Part shown: in pieces, positions 39,947-49,280 of the stretch
Layout of the letters: the number at the start of each line of letters is the position of its first letter
How positions within the stretch are numbered: the stretch's first letter is position 1
Source of the DNA: an uncultured delta proteobacterium
GTDB taxonomy: Bacteria > Desulfobacterota > Desulfobaccia > Desulfobaccales > 0-14-0-80-60-11
Direction: 5' to 3'
DNA length: 64,000 bases
NCBI GenBank assembly: GCA_963697965.1
Contig: OY969108.1
Location: forward strand, 1,981,326-2,045,325
Program-made: the position numbers and the translations under genes
Notes under the pieces: generated by a model
What the model saw: only the letters and a program-made list of their open reading frames with translations
The model's database searches: none
Told to the model about the DNA's origin: nothing

Positions 39947-41467
39947 CTAAGGTTTCTTCTCCGCCACCGCTTCTTTTAGCGCTGCCACTGGCGACGCCTG
40001 TTCCCAGCCCCCGCCCAGGGCCTTGTAGAGGGCGATGAGGTCGGTGGAGATGTTAGCGTTGCTCTGCACCAGGGCGTTTTCGGCGGCGTAGAGCGAGTTC
40101 TGAGCGACCAGTACGTTGAGGAATTCGAGCATCCCTTCTGTGTAGAGCTGCAACGACAGGTCAAAGGCTTTACTGTTGGCGGCGACGGAGTCTTTGAGCG
40201 ACTTGTAGTGTTCCTGTTCCTTGGCAAAGGCAATCAGGGCATTTTCCACGTCCTGAAAGGCGCCTAACACTGTCTGGCGATAGTTGATGAAGGCCTGGTC
40301 GCGCAGCGCTTCCTGCACCCGTATATTCGAGACGACGGCGCCTCCCTGGAGAATCGGCCAGGTCACCGAGGGGCCGAAGGAACCGGTGCGGCTGGCAACC
40401 GTCCACCAGCTATTCAGCAGGTTGCTCTGCCAGCTCACGGCGCCGGTCAGGGAAAACTGGGGGAAAAGATCGGCGGTGGCGACCCCGATCTGGGCGGTGG
40501 CCGCGTGCAATTGCGCCTCGGCCTGGCGGATGTCGGGACGGCGGCGCAGCAGGTCGGACGGCAGACCAGCCGGAACCTGCGCCGGCACGCCGGGGATGTT
40601 GCCCGTCGGCGTCAACTGCTGCAGCAGGTCCGCCGGAGGCCGGGCCAGCAGTATGCTCAAGGCGTAGATCGACTGCCTGGCGGAGGTTTCAAACACCGGG
40701 ATTTGCGCTTCGGTGGTGGCGACACTGGCCTCGGCGTTGGCGACGTCCAGGGCGCTGGCAAACCCGGCCCCCATTTTCTGGCGGGTGATCAGCGCCGTGT
40801 TTTGCATGGCCTTCAGATTTTTGCGGGCGATGGCTATTTGCTGTTGATAACCCCGTAGTTGCACATAGTCGAGCGCCACCTCGGCGGCGATGGTGACCTG
40901 GACGTTGCTGATGCCTTCGATGGCGGCCTGGACATTGGCGCTGGCTGATTCCACGTTGCGCCGCACCCCCCCGAAAAGGTCGAGCTCCCACAACGCATCG
41001 AAGCCCGCCTGATAGAGATTTTGGGACTGGCCCGCGGGAGCCGCCGCACCTTTCGAAGGAGAGGTGACGCCGGAGGTGGTTTCCCGCAGATATTCGCCGG
41101 AGCCGGTGATCACCGGCCATAAACCTGCAATGGCGATGCCGCGGGCGGCGCGAGCCTGCCGCAGATTAGCCACGGCCAGTTCCAGGTTGAGGTTCGTTTT
41201 CAGGGCATCTTCCACCAGTTGAGTCAACGTAGGATCATGAAAGCGTTTCCACCACTGCGCCAGTTCGGCCGGTTGCCCGGAGGCCACGGAAGTTGGCCGC
41301 GGCGCCGGCGCCTCCGTCACGCCGGCCCAGACGGCGGGCGCCTCCGGATGCGGCGCCTGGTAATCGGGCCCGACCATGCAGCCGCTTAGCGGCAAGAACA
41401 GGAAACCGCAGGCTGCCAGCAGGGCCGGTATGCAAAACAGAGGCCGGTTCGTTTTCATGATCCCCAT
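39947..41467 (-). CDS. efflux transporter outer membrane factor lipoprotein, NodT family
   Basis: 506 aa with lipobox LPLSGC followed by MVGPDYQAP, and two OEP repeats. Confidence 0.9.
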   Translation of the reverse strand: MGIMKTNRPLFCIPALLAACGFLFLPLSGCMVGPDYQAPHPEAPAVWAGVTEAPAPRPTSVASGQPAELAQWWKRFHDPTLTQLVEDALKTNLNLELAVANLRQARAARGIAIAGLWPVITGSGEYLRETTSGVTSPSKGAAAPAGQSQNLYQAGFDALWELDLFGGVRRNVESASANVQAAIEGISNVQVTIAAEVALDYVQLRGYQQQIAIARKNLKAMQNTALITRQKMGAGFASALDVANAEASVATTEAQIPVFETSARQSIYALSILLARPPADLLQQLTPTGNIPGVPAQVPAGLPSDLLRRRPDIRQAEAQLHAATAQIGVATADLFPQFSLTGAVSWQSNLLNSWWTVASRTGSFGPSVTWPILQGGAVVSNIRVQEALRDQAFINYRQTVLGAFQDVENALIAFAKEQEHYKSLKDSVAANSKAFDLSLQLYTEGMLEFLNVLVAQNSLYAAENALVQSNANISTDLIALYKALGGGWEQASPVAALKEAVAEKKP

Positions 41468-42841
41468 TTATTCATAGCGCAGCGCCTCGATGGGATCGAG
41501 CCGGGAGGCCTTATAGGCGGGGTAAAAGCCAAAGGCGATGCCGACGCTGGCCGAAACGAGCACGGCGGCGACGATCGCTCCCACCGAAACCGCCGTCGGC
41601 CAGCCCAACACCAGAGATACGACATAGGAACTGCCGCGTCCCAAGAGGATGCCCATGGTCCCGCCCAGCAGGCACAGCAGCACGGCCTCGGTCAAAAACT
41701 GGCGCAAAATGTCACCCGGCTCCGCACCCACCGCCATCCGCAACCCGATCTCCCGGGTCCGTTCGGTTACCGAGACGAGCATAATGTTCATGATGCCGAT
41801 GCCGCCCACCAACAGAGAGATCATGGCCACGCACAGCAGCAGTTTGGTCATCATCTCCGCGGTCGCACTCATCGTCTTGGTAATCTCGGTCATGTCCCGA
41901 ATGATGAAATCATCCGGATCGGTATCGCGCAGGCGGTGCCGCTGCCGAAGCAAGTCGCTGATCTGTGTGATTGCCGGGGAAACCTGATTGGCGGCAGGCG
42001 CGGCAGTCAGGATTTGGTCGACGTTGGCGAATCGAATCGGCTGGGCGGTGTCGGTCTGTTCCGTGGTCGATGGCACCGGATAAAGATTTTGCGCCGTCTC
42101 CGGGTAAATCGTGTTGAGCGTATTGACTTCTGCTGTGTTGGCGGCGTTTATGGAGCTCTGGTTGCCGGCGGCCAGCGTGGCGGCGACCACGCGATATTTG
42201 ATCGTCGTCCAGGGGGCCAAAAGGATATCGTCCTGGTCCAGACCCATCAGGTTGGCGCCTTTCTTGTGCAAGACGCCGATGACCTTAAAATCGACGTTCT
42301 TGATGCGCACGTGCTTGCCGATGGGCGACTGGCCGCCAAAAAGCTCTCTGACCACGGTCTCGCCCACCAGGCAGACTTTGCTCGAGTTCAGGACTTCATG
42401 GTCGCTAAAGGCTTCCCCTTCAGCCATATCGGTCCAATCGCGTATATCGAGAAATGCAGGCGCGGTGCCATAGACGTAAGTCGGCACCCAGTTTTGATTG
42501 CCGTACACCACCTGGGCGCGGGCGCGCACGATGGGCGCCGCGTAGGCCACGGCGGGGCATTCTTTCAGGATCGCCTCCACATCCTCCGGGGTCAACGTCA
42601 TCATGGCGCCGGAGCCGGTATTGACGCCTGCTATGTTCATGGCCCCCGGCAGGATCACCACCGTGTTGGCGCCCATGCTGGCCATGGTGCGCTGGATGGC
42701 CGCCTTGGCTCCATTGCCGATCTCCATCATGGTGATCACCGCGGCCACGCCAATGACAATGCCCAGGGTCGTCAGCGCCGCCCGCATGATGTTGTGGCGC
42801 AGCGCCAGAGAGGCCATCTTCAAGGTGCGGACAAACTTCAA
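41468..42841 (-). CDS. macB: MacB-type ABC transporter permease (MacB_PCD + FtsX domains)
   Basis: 457 aa. N-terminal TM helix, a large periplasmic domain, and a C-terminal FtsX-like 3-TM region ending RLDPIEALRYE. Confidence 0.9.
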   Translation of the reverse strand: MKFVRTLKMASLALRHNIMRAALTTLGIVIGVAAVITMMEIGNGAKAAIQRTMASMGANTVVILPGAMNIAGVNTGSGAMMTLTPEDVEAILKECPAVAYAAPIVRARAQVVYGNQNWVPTYVYGTAPAFLDIRDWTDMAEGEAFSDHEVLNSSKVCLVGETVVRELFGGQSPIGKHVRIKNVDFKVIGVLHKKGANLMGLDQDDILLAPWTTIKYRVVAATLAAGNQSSINAANTAEVNTLNTIYPETAQNLYPVPSTTEQTDTAQPIRFANVDQILTAAPAANQVSPAITQISDLLRQRHRLRDTDPDDFIIRDMTEITKTMSATAEMMTKLLLCVAMISLLVGGIGIMNIMLVSVTERTREIGLRMAVGAEPGDILRQFLTEAVLLCLLGGTMGILLGRGSSYVVSLVLGWPTAVSVGAIVAAVLVSASVGIAFGFYPAYKASRLDPIEALRYE

Positions 42842-43557
42842 GAGGCGCCTCCCGCACTCTGAGGTGCGCCCCCGCCATCGATGACGCCGTCCTTGATGAG
42901 GATGATCCGCTGCGCATGTTGAGCGACGCCAGGATCATGGGTCACCATGACCAGTGTGATGCGGTCCATTTGGTTAAGCTGCTGAAAGGTGTGAAGGATT
43001 TCCTCGCTAGTGCGGGAGTCGAGATTGCCGGTGGGCTCGTCGGCGAAAAGCACTTGCGGATGGTTGATCAGAGAACGGGCGATGGCCACCCGCTGCTGTT
43101 CACCTCCCGAGAGTTGCGACGGCCGGTGATGCATACGGCCCGCTAAGCCGACTTTTTCGAGCAAGGCGGCGGCGCGCCGTTCCATCTCGGAGTCACTGAG
43201 ATTATCCCGGCAATACATGAGGGGCATCAAAACGTTTTCAAAGGCTGTCATCCGCGGCAGCAGGTTAAAACTCTGAAACACAAAACCGATCATGCGGTTA
43301 CGTAAACGGGCCCGTTCTTTGGGGGTGAGCCCCGAGATTTCACGGCCGTCGAGCCAGTATGCACCCGAAGTGGGGTGATCGAGGCAACCCATAATGTTCA
43401 TCAGGGTGCTCTTGCCGGAACCGCTGACCCCCATCAGCGCCACGAACTCGGACCGGGCGACCCGCTGGGAAATCCCTCTGAGCACCGGCAGATCAAGTTC
43501 TCCCAGGTGGTAAGTCTTGCAGATGTCGTGGAGTTCGATGAATTCCATATCCGGCAT
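42838..43557 (-). CDS. MacB/LolD-type ABC transporter ATP-binding protein
   Basis: Walker [10 protein letters not shown], signature [13 protein letters not shown], and Walker [12 protein letters not shown]. The start is taken at Met 43557 or 43548; the longer N-terminus is unlikely. Confidence 0.9.
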   Translation of the reverse strand: MPDMEFIELHDICKTYHLGELDLPVLRGISQRVARSEFVALMGVSGSGKSTLMNIMGCLDHPTSGAYWLDGREISGLTPKERARLRNRMIGFVFQSFNLLPRMTAFENVLMPLMYCRDNLSDSEMERRAAALLEKVGLAGRMHHRPSQLSGGEQQRVAIARSLINHPQVLFADEPTGNLDSRTSEEILHTFQQLNQMDRITLVMVTHDPGVAQHAQRIILIKDGVIDGGGAPQSAGGAS

Positions 43558-43570
43558 ACCGTGGCCGAGT

Positions 43571-44965
43571 TTAGTGGGGGCCGCCGGGAGGTGGTTGATG
43601 CTGCCCGCCGCGAAAGTGCCCAAATTGGGGTATGAATGGACTGGCCCCGGCACTTTGACTGCCCTCCGGTTCCCGCTTGCCTTCGGCGCTGACCACCGGC
43701 AGACCCTCGGTCAGCCCCTTGCCGCTCACTTCGGTCCAGACGCCGTCCGTCAAGCCAAGGTGGACATGGATGGGCCGAACGCTATCGCCCCGAGGGACCC
43801 AGACAGTTCCGCGGGATTGAGACGCGCCGCTCCCTCTGGCGCGCCCCTCCTCCTTCCCGGAGCCAGCGGCCCCAGCTTCGGGCACCTCCGCTGATGCATA
43901 GGCCCTGCGGCTGCCCCGGGGAGCCCAGCGCAACGCCGCGTTCGGCACCAGCAGCACGTTCAGGCGGCGGCCAACTTCGAATTGCAGGTTAGTGGTCAGA
44001 TAGGGCAGCAGTTTGCCATCGGAGTTGTCGCAGTTGACCTCCACCGTGTAGGTGACCACGTTCTGGGACATGGTGGCATTCAGGCGAATCTTGCCGACAA
44101 CGCCATGAAAAACCTGATCGCCAAAGGCGTCCACCGTAAAAGTCACCTGCTGGTCAGGGTGAATATTGCCGATGTCGGCTTCGTTAACCGAGGCCCATAC
44201 CTGGATGCGCTTGAGGTTCACGGCGATCAGGAACAGGCTGGGGGTGGTCGTGCTGGAGACGATGGTCTGGCCAATATTGACGCGGCGGTCAACGATGACG
44301 CCATCGACCGGCGAAGTGATGGTGCAGTAGGCGAGGGTTTCCTGATCCTTTTTCAGGGTGGCTGCCGCCTGCGTCACAGCCGCGGCCGCCTGCTCCACGC
44401 TGGCCTGGGCCAGCGCCACGTTCGCCTTGGCAACCAGGTAATTGGCCTTGTATTGATCATACACGGTCGCCGCCAATGCCTGGGATGGTCCGAGCTTTTG
44501 GGCGCGATTCCAGTCCACCTCAGCCTCCCACAGCTTGGCCTGCATCTGCAGAACGTTGGCTTTGGCGTTAACCAGGTTGGCCCGGGCCTGTTGCAAGGCG
44601 GCCTTATCGATGGCCACCGCGGCCACATAGAGCGTGTCGTCTATGTGCGCCAGCACACTCCCCCGCTTCACGACCGACCCATAGTCGACGAGTTTACCGT
44701 TGGCGTCCCGGCCGAAGGAAAGAATCATACCGGCAACCTGGGCGCCGATGTCGATGACCTGCTCCGGTTCCACCGTGCCGGTGGCGCTGATCGTCGCCAG
44801 CAGGTCGCCCCGCTTCACCGGTACCGTGCTAAACCCGTTGGACCTGCCGCCGCCCTCGAGCAAACGTCCCAGCAACAAGAGGGCGGCAACCAGTCCCACC
44901 AGGAATAGCAGCTGGAGGCGCTTGTCGAGCCGCTTCAATTTTTCAATCCAATTCGTTATGGCCAC
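43571..44965 (-). CDS. macA: efflux periplasmic adaptor (MacA/HlyD family)
   Basis: The start is taken at GTG 44965 (VAITNWIEKLKR... TM helix). It has a coiled-coil hairpin and a beta-barrel region. A low-complexity insert lies near the C-terminus. Confidence 0.85.
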   Translation of the reverse strand: MAITNWIEKLKRLDKRLQLLFLVGLVAALLLLGRLLEGGGRSNGFSTVPVKRGDLLATISATGTVEPEQVIDIGAQVAGMILSFGRDANGKLVDYGSVVKRGSVLAHIDDTLYVAAVAIDKAALQQARANLVNAKANVLQMQAKLWEAEVDWNRAQKLGPSQALAATVYDQYKANYLVAKANVALAQASVEQAAAAVTQAAATLKKDQETLAYCTITSPVDGVIVDRRVNIGQTIVSSTTTPSLFLIAVNLKRIQVWASVNEADIGNIHPDQQVTFTVDAFGDQVFHGVVGKIRLNATMSQNVVTYTVEVNCDNSDGKLLPYLTTNLQFEVGRRLNVLLVPNAALRWAPRGSRRAYASAEVPEAGAAGSGKEEGRARGSGASQSRGTVWVPRGDSVRPIHVHLGLTDGVWTEVSGKGLTEGLPVVSAEGKREPEGSQSAGASPFIPQFGHFRGGQHQPPPGGPH

Positions 44966-45097
44966 GTTGGCGCAACCTCTGGATGGCCTTTCCCGACCCT
45001 CATGAAACCTGCCCAGGGAAAAGGGGCGGAACAGAGACGAGCAAGGTAGTTTAGGCCCGTAATGTCCGGCAACAAAATTGCAGGGAGCATGGTTTTT

Positions 45098-45130
45098 CGT
45101 AGGGGGCGCCCACCTGGGTGCGCCCCTGCA
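45098..45130. repeat. REP hairpin variant (GTAGGGGGCGCCCACCTGGGTGCGCCCCTGCA)
   Basis: Palindromic, with a 5' GTAG. Confidence 0.65.
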
Positions 45131-45381
45131 AGACCATTCATACCCCCATTCACCCTGCCCTTTCCCCCTGTTTGGACCGGGGAGATGGGTAACAAGCAAA
45201 ACCCTGTCAGTCTGACCAACAATGTTACTATTAGTATATTAACCGATTTACGAGCCGATCTCGGCGTTCCTGGAGCGGTCTCCCGATAATTGCTGGAAGC
45301 CCTGAAAGAAATAATAGGTGATCAAGGGATGGGATCGGGGAAGGCAGAGGCAATAAAACATTCTTTCAAGCAAATAAACCA

Positions 45382-45412
45382 CGTAGCGGCGGGTTTTAAA
45401 CCCGCCGCTACG
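45382..45412. repeat. REP hairpin family C variant
   Basis: cgtagcggcgggttttaaacccgccgctacg. Confidence 0.7.
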
Positions 45413-45629
45413 GAGCGGACACCTGGCTCCGCCCCTACGCAAAACCATGCTCGGATATTCCACAGGAAGCGAAAAAAACTTAGATGCAACCCTCAGATTC
45501 CCGGCGGAGAGAAAGCAACGGCAACGGTTCCGGCGGCGATAACGGCAGGAGGATTTTTTTTCCGTGGCTTTTGGCAAATATTGGGTTAACATTTATAATT
45601 GATTTGGAAAAATGAGGTGGAACGGAGTT

Positions 45630-45857
45630 ATGAAAACAGCCATTCATCCCAAACTTTTGAAAACCACGGTGGGCTGCGCCTGTGGCAATGAATTCGTCAC
45701 CGGTTCCACCAGGGACAAGATCCGGGTGGAGATCTGCTCCAAGTGCCATCCCTTCTTCACCGGCAAACAGAAACTGGTGGACACCGCCGGCCGGGTGGAA
45801 CGCTTCCGGCGAAAATACGCTCACCTGGAAAAGCCCGCTGCCGAAAAGGCCGAATGA
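45630..45857 (+). CDS. rpmE: 50S ribosomal protein L31
   Basis: MKTAIHPKL...CACGNEF...[13 protein letters not shown]...[13 protein letters not shown] 45630 follows GGAG. Confidence 0.95.
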   Translation: MKTAIHPKLLKTTVGCACGNEFVTGSTRDKIRVEICSKCHPFFTGKQKLVDTAGRVERFRRKYAHLEKPAAEKAE

Positions 45858-46846
45858 AGCCTGCGGAAACCCAACTGGCGGTGGGCGGCCAGGCGGTGCT
45901 GGAGGGCGTGATGATGCGCTCCCCGCATGCCCTGGCCATCGCCGTGCGGCGTCCCGACGGCTCCATTTGCCTGAAGGATGAGCCTTACCAGTCTCTGGCC
46001 GACCGCTTCCCGGTCATGAAGCGCCCCGGGCTGCGGGGCCCCTTGATCCTTCTGGAGGCCATGGTGACCGGCGTCCGGGCCCTCAGCTTTTCAGCCCAGG
46101 CGGCTCTCCAGGAGGAGGAAGACGACGAGCCGCCCCTGGGCTGGGTCAGTATCTCCCTTACCCTGGGGGCCGCTTTCCTCCTGGCCTTCCTCCTCTTCGG
46201 CTTTCTGCCCCACTGGCTCAGCGGCATGAGCGGCCGTCTGCTGGGACGTCCCCTCACCCCGGCGGACCTCTCCTTTCACTTGATCGACGGCCTCATCAAA
46301 GCGGTCTTTATCCTCTTATATATCTGGGGCATCTCTTTTTTCCCCGATATCCGCCGGGTCTTCGAATATCACGGCGCCGAACACAAGTCCATCTGCACCT
46401 TTGAGTCGGGCCAGCCCCTGGAAGTGGAGTACGCCAGGCGCCACCCCACCGCCCATGCCCGCTGTGGCACCTCCTTCATCCTGGTGGTGCTGCTGGTGAG
46501 CATCTTCATCTTCGCGGTCTTCTTCCCGCTGTTTCCGGCTTTGACCCACAAGGGCCTGGCCAACAATCTGCTCCAGGTGCTCGTCAAGGTGGTCCTGATG
46601 CTCCCTATTGCCGCCCTGTCCTATGAAATCATCCGCTGGGGAGGGGAACACCGGGACCATTTCCTGGCCCGCTTCCTGCTCTGGCCGGGGCTGGCCACCC
46701 AGCGCCTCACCGCCCTGGAACCCGACGATTCCCAATTGGAAGTGGCCCTGGAAGCCTTGAAGGCTGTGGTCGTCCGGGAACAGTTGCCCCAAACCGTCGG
46801 GACCCCGGAGTTGGCTTCTGATACCTGCGCCCAATGTCAACACTGA
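45854..46846 (+). CDS. DUF1385 domain membrane protein
   Basis: [16 protein letters not shown] and YHGAEHK motifs. Its ATG overlaps the rpmE stop codon (ATGA). The rpmE-DUF1385 linkage is common. Confidence 0.8.
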   Translation: MKPAETQLAVGGQAVLEGVMMRSPHALAIAVRRPDGSICLKDEPYQSLADRFPVMKRPGLRGPLILLEAMVTGVRALSFSAQAALQEEEDDEPPLGWVSISLTLGAAFLLAFLLFGFLPHWLSGMSGRLLGRPLTPADLSFHLIDGLIKAVFILLYIWGISFFPDIRRVFEYHGAEHKSICTFESGQPLEVEYARRHPTAHARCGTSFILVVLLVSIFIFAVFFPLFPALTHKGLANNLLQVLVKVVLMLPIAALSYEIIRWGGEHRDHFLARFLLWPGLATQRLTALEPDDSQLEVALEALKAVVVREQLPQTVGTPELASDTCAQCQH

Positions 46847-46878
46847 TTCCTGACCAGGAGCAGATACGGAATGGTGAA

Positions 46879-46903
46879 CAGTAAGCAGTAAGCAGTAAGC
46901 AGT
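46879..46903 (+). repeat. CAGTAAGC x3 tandem array at a gene 3' end
   Basis: cagtaagcagtaagcagtaagcagt, about 30 nt after the stop codon of the DUF1385 gene. Confidence 0.75.
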
Positions 46904-47042
46904 CTCCCCCTACCCTGCCGCGGCCTTACGGCCGCCCGCCGGCGCTAATCTTAAAGACATTTTTTAGCGGACGAAAACCAGAGGCAACACGCCGGCAAAA
47001 CCCCTTGACAGCAGCCTGGGGCCAAGATAACAATTAACCGAT

Positions 47043-48422
47043 ATGTCCAGGAAAATTTTGGCCCTTTCCCTGCTACCTGCCTTCTCGCAGGTTTCGGCGC
47101 CCACCGTTGCCGGCGCTAACCGGGGTCTGAAGGCGGACCCCTTCATCAAGCTGCTGGTGCCCCTGCTGCTGGTGGTGACTTTCTGGATGGCCTACGAATG
47201 GGGCTCCCTGGGCGCCTATTGGCAAAGGCTCAGCAGCCACCCCTCCGGCTCCTTGTTGCTGGGCCTGGGCAGCGTTTATTCCTTGATGCTGCTGACCTTG
47301 CAAATATTGCGCACCATTTTTTGGGCCAGCTATCGCCCCTACCCGCTGGCAGAGGGCCCCTGGCCCACCCTGAGCGTCATCATCCCGGCCTATAACGAAG
47401 GCGCCATGGTAGAGCAGGCCGTGTCCCGCGTGGCGGCCTCCGACTATCCCGCTGACCGCCTGGAAATCATTTGTATCGACGACGGCTCCACGGATGATAC
47501 CTGGGAATTTATCCAGCGGGCCTGCCGCCGCTATCCTCTCCTGGTCAAGGCCATCCGCTTCCCGGCCAACCGCGGCAAGAAAGAGGCGTTAGGCGCCGGC
47601 TTCAACCAGGGCCGCGGGGAGGTTTTCATTACCGTGGACTCCGACAGCCTCATCGAGCCCGAGGCCCTGCGCCACCTGGTTTCACCCCTGATGGTGGATG
47701 AGAAGATGGGCGCGGTGGCCGGCAACGTCAAGGTCTTCAACCGCCACCAGAGCCTGATGGGCAAGATGCAGGGAGTGCGCTTTATCAACCTCGACTACCT
47801 GCGGGCCGCCCAATCCTGGTATCGCACCGTGATCTGCACCCCGGGGTCCCTCTCGGCCTACAGGCGCGGCGCCCTCATGCCCATCCTGTCCGCCTGGCAG
47901 CGGCAGACCTTTCTGGGAGCCCCCTGCCGCCACAGCGAGGACCGGGCCCTGACTAATTTTATCCTGCGGGCCGGCTACTATACCTGCTACCAGCGGACCG
48001 CGGTGGTCCACACCCTGGTGCCCGAAACCTACCGCGGGGTCTGCAATATGTACCTGCGCTGGGAGCGGGGCAACGTGCGGGAATCCTTCGTCCAACTGAG
48101 CTATCTCTTTACCCGCTATCGCACCGAACATCGCCTCCTGCCAGTGGTTGAATTTTTTCTGAGCCAGTTGGAATATCCTCTGGCCTTGCTCTTCTTCGGC
48201 CTGCTGCTGGCCGCCATCGCGGCTCATCCCGGGCTGATCCTCAATCTGCTGTGGCTGCTGGCGCTCGGTTCTCTCCTGAATTTGATCTATTATCTCTGGC
48301 TGGAGCGGGACCTCGATTTCGTCTATGGCGTCATCTACAGTTTCTATGCCTTTTTCCTGCTGCAATGGATCTATCCCTACGCCTTCGCCACCGTCCGTGA
48401 CTGCCATTGGCTGACGCGCTAG
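47043..48422 (+). CDS. membrane-embedded family-2 glycosyltransferase (processive NodC/PgaC/HAS-like)
   Basis: 459 aa. N-terminal TM helices, SVIIPAYNEG, CIDDGSTD, VDSDS, an RWERG (QxxRW-like) motif, and C-terminal TM helices. Confidence 0.85.
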   Translation: MSRKILALSLLPAFSQVSAPTVAGANRGLKADPFIKLLVPLLLVVTFWMAYEWGSLGAYWQRLSSHPSGSLLLGLGSVYSLMLLTLQILRTIFWASYRPYPLAEGPWPTLSVIIPAYNEGAMVEQAVSRVAASDYPADRLEIICIDDGSTDDTWEFIQRACRRYPLLVKAIRFPANRGKKEALGAGFNQGRGEVFITVDSDSLIEPEALRHLVSPLMVDEKMGAVAGNVKVFNRHQSLMGKMQGVRFINLDYLRAAQSWYRTVICTPGSLSAYRRGALMPILSAWQRQTFLGAPCRHSEDRALTNFILRAGYYTCYQRTAVVHTLVPETYRGVCNMYLRWERGNVRESFVQLSYLFTRYRTEHRLLPVVEFFLSQLEYPLALLFFGLLLAAIAAHPGLILNLLWLLALGSLLNLIYYLWLERDLDFVYGVIYSFYAFFLLQWIYPYAFATVRDCHWLTR

Positions 48423-48616
48423 TATTGTGTCCCACGGAAACGTTGCCTAATTTTTGCCTTTTTTTCTCCCCCTTGAGGGGGCGACACCGGGTGGGGGTGG
48501 TAATTTATTGTTCATTTACCAGATGTTGCCACCCTCCCCCCAAGCCCCTCCCCTCTCAGGGAGGGGGGTAGGTCAAATTTTTTGTAAGATAATTGCGATA
48601 ATTGTGGGAAATAGCG
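48422..48616. repeat. MITE-like ~190-bp structured element, copy B
   Basis: It aligns with 34200-34387 and begins at the stop codon of the GT2 gene. Confidence 0.65.
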
Positions 48617-49094
48617 ATAGCAGCAATGGCAAAACTGAGATTTTTGGGCGGAACCATCCACGAAGGAGCCCTGCCACCGTTTGCCTGGCGCCGGTCTTGC
48701 TAAAAGATGCTAAAAGATTCTCCGCATTCATGAAAATTTAATAACCATAATTAAACTCACAATATCAGCGTCCGCTTGTCTAATCTAGTGAAACGAAATT
48801 ATCCCGTAATTCATTGATAGGCAGGTGATGAACGTGGAATTCCCCTTGTTTGCCATGATATCTTTTTCCGGCATCTATGCCCTGGGCTGTTGCGTTTTCT
48901 GCCTTTTAGACAAATCGCACCGGGGCCAGGTGCTCTACCGGCTCCATAAGTGATCGCTGCTTAGGTTATTCCTGGAATGATAGGGGTTTGCCCAGGCGGC
49001 GCCTGACAAAATCGGGCCGCAGCGGTGCGGCCCGGTCTGGTAAAAATCCGCAACCAAGGCCGGGCCGGAAAACCCCTTCACCCCGCCGGCCCCC

Positions 49095-49198
49095 GGGGTA
49101 GCCTGCGCCCGCTGTCTCCAGGGCTAGACTGCGCCCGCTGTCTCCAGGGCTAGACTGCGACCGCTGCCTCCCGGGCTAGACTGCGACCGCTGCCTTAA
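49095..49198. repeat. 4 x 26-nt direct tandem repeat
   Basis: Units are ggggtagcctgcgcccgctgtctcca, gggctagactgcgcccgctgtctcca, gggctagactgcgaccgctgcctccc and gggctagactgcgaccgctgccttaa. There are no spacers between units. Confidence 0.85.
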
Positions 49199-49207
49199 GG
49201 AGAAATT

Positions 49208-49229
49208 GGTGGGCAGTGCCCACCCTACA
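49208..49229. repeat. REP hairpin family B (inverted orientation)
   Basis: ggtgggcagtgcccaccctaca. Confidence 0.75.
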
Positions 49230-49280
49230 TGGGCAGCCAGCCGCTGGCGGCGGTCTGCCGCCCTCAGTGAGATTTCCCTT

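Noticed and set aside
43571-45199. 542-aa version of the MacA adaptor, and similar long N-terminal extensions of mutM (28480), the ABC ATPase (29876), DUF1385 (45743) and the tlpA-like genes
   Set aside because: The extensions run through intergenic or REP sequence or through upstream genes. Internal starts that have an RBS and the expected N-terminal motif or signal peptide fit far better.
47005-47033. TTGACA-17-TAACAA upstream of the GT2 gene, and TTGACG-16-GATACT at 27038-27066, as promoters
   Set aside because: The -10 hexamers are weak and there is no supporting evidence. I noted them but did not list them as features.
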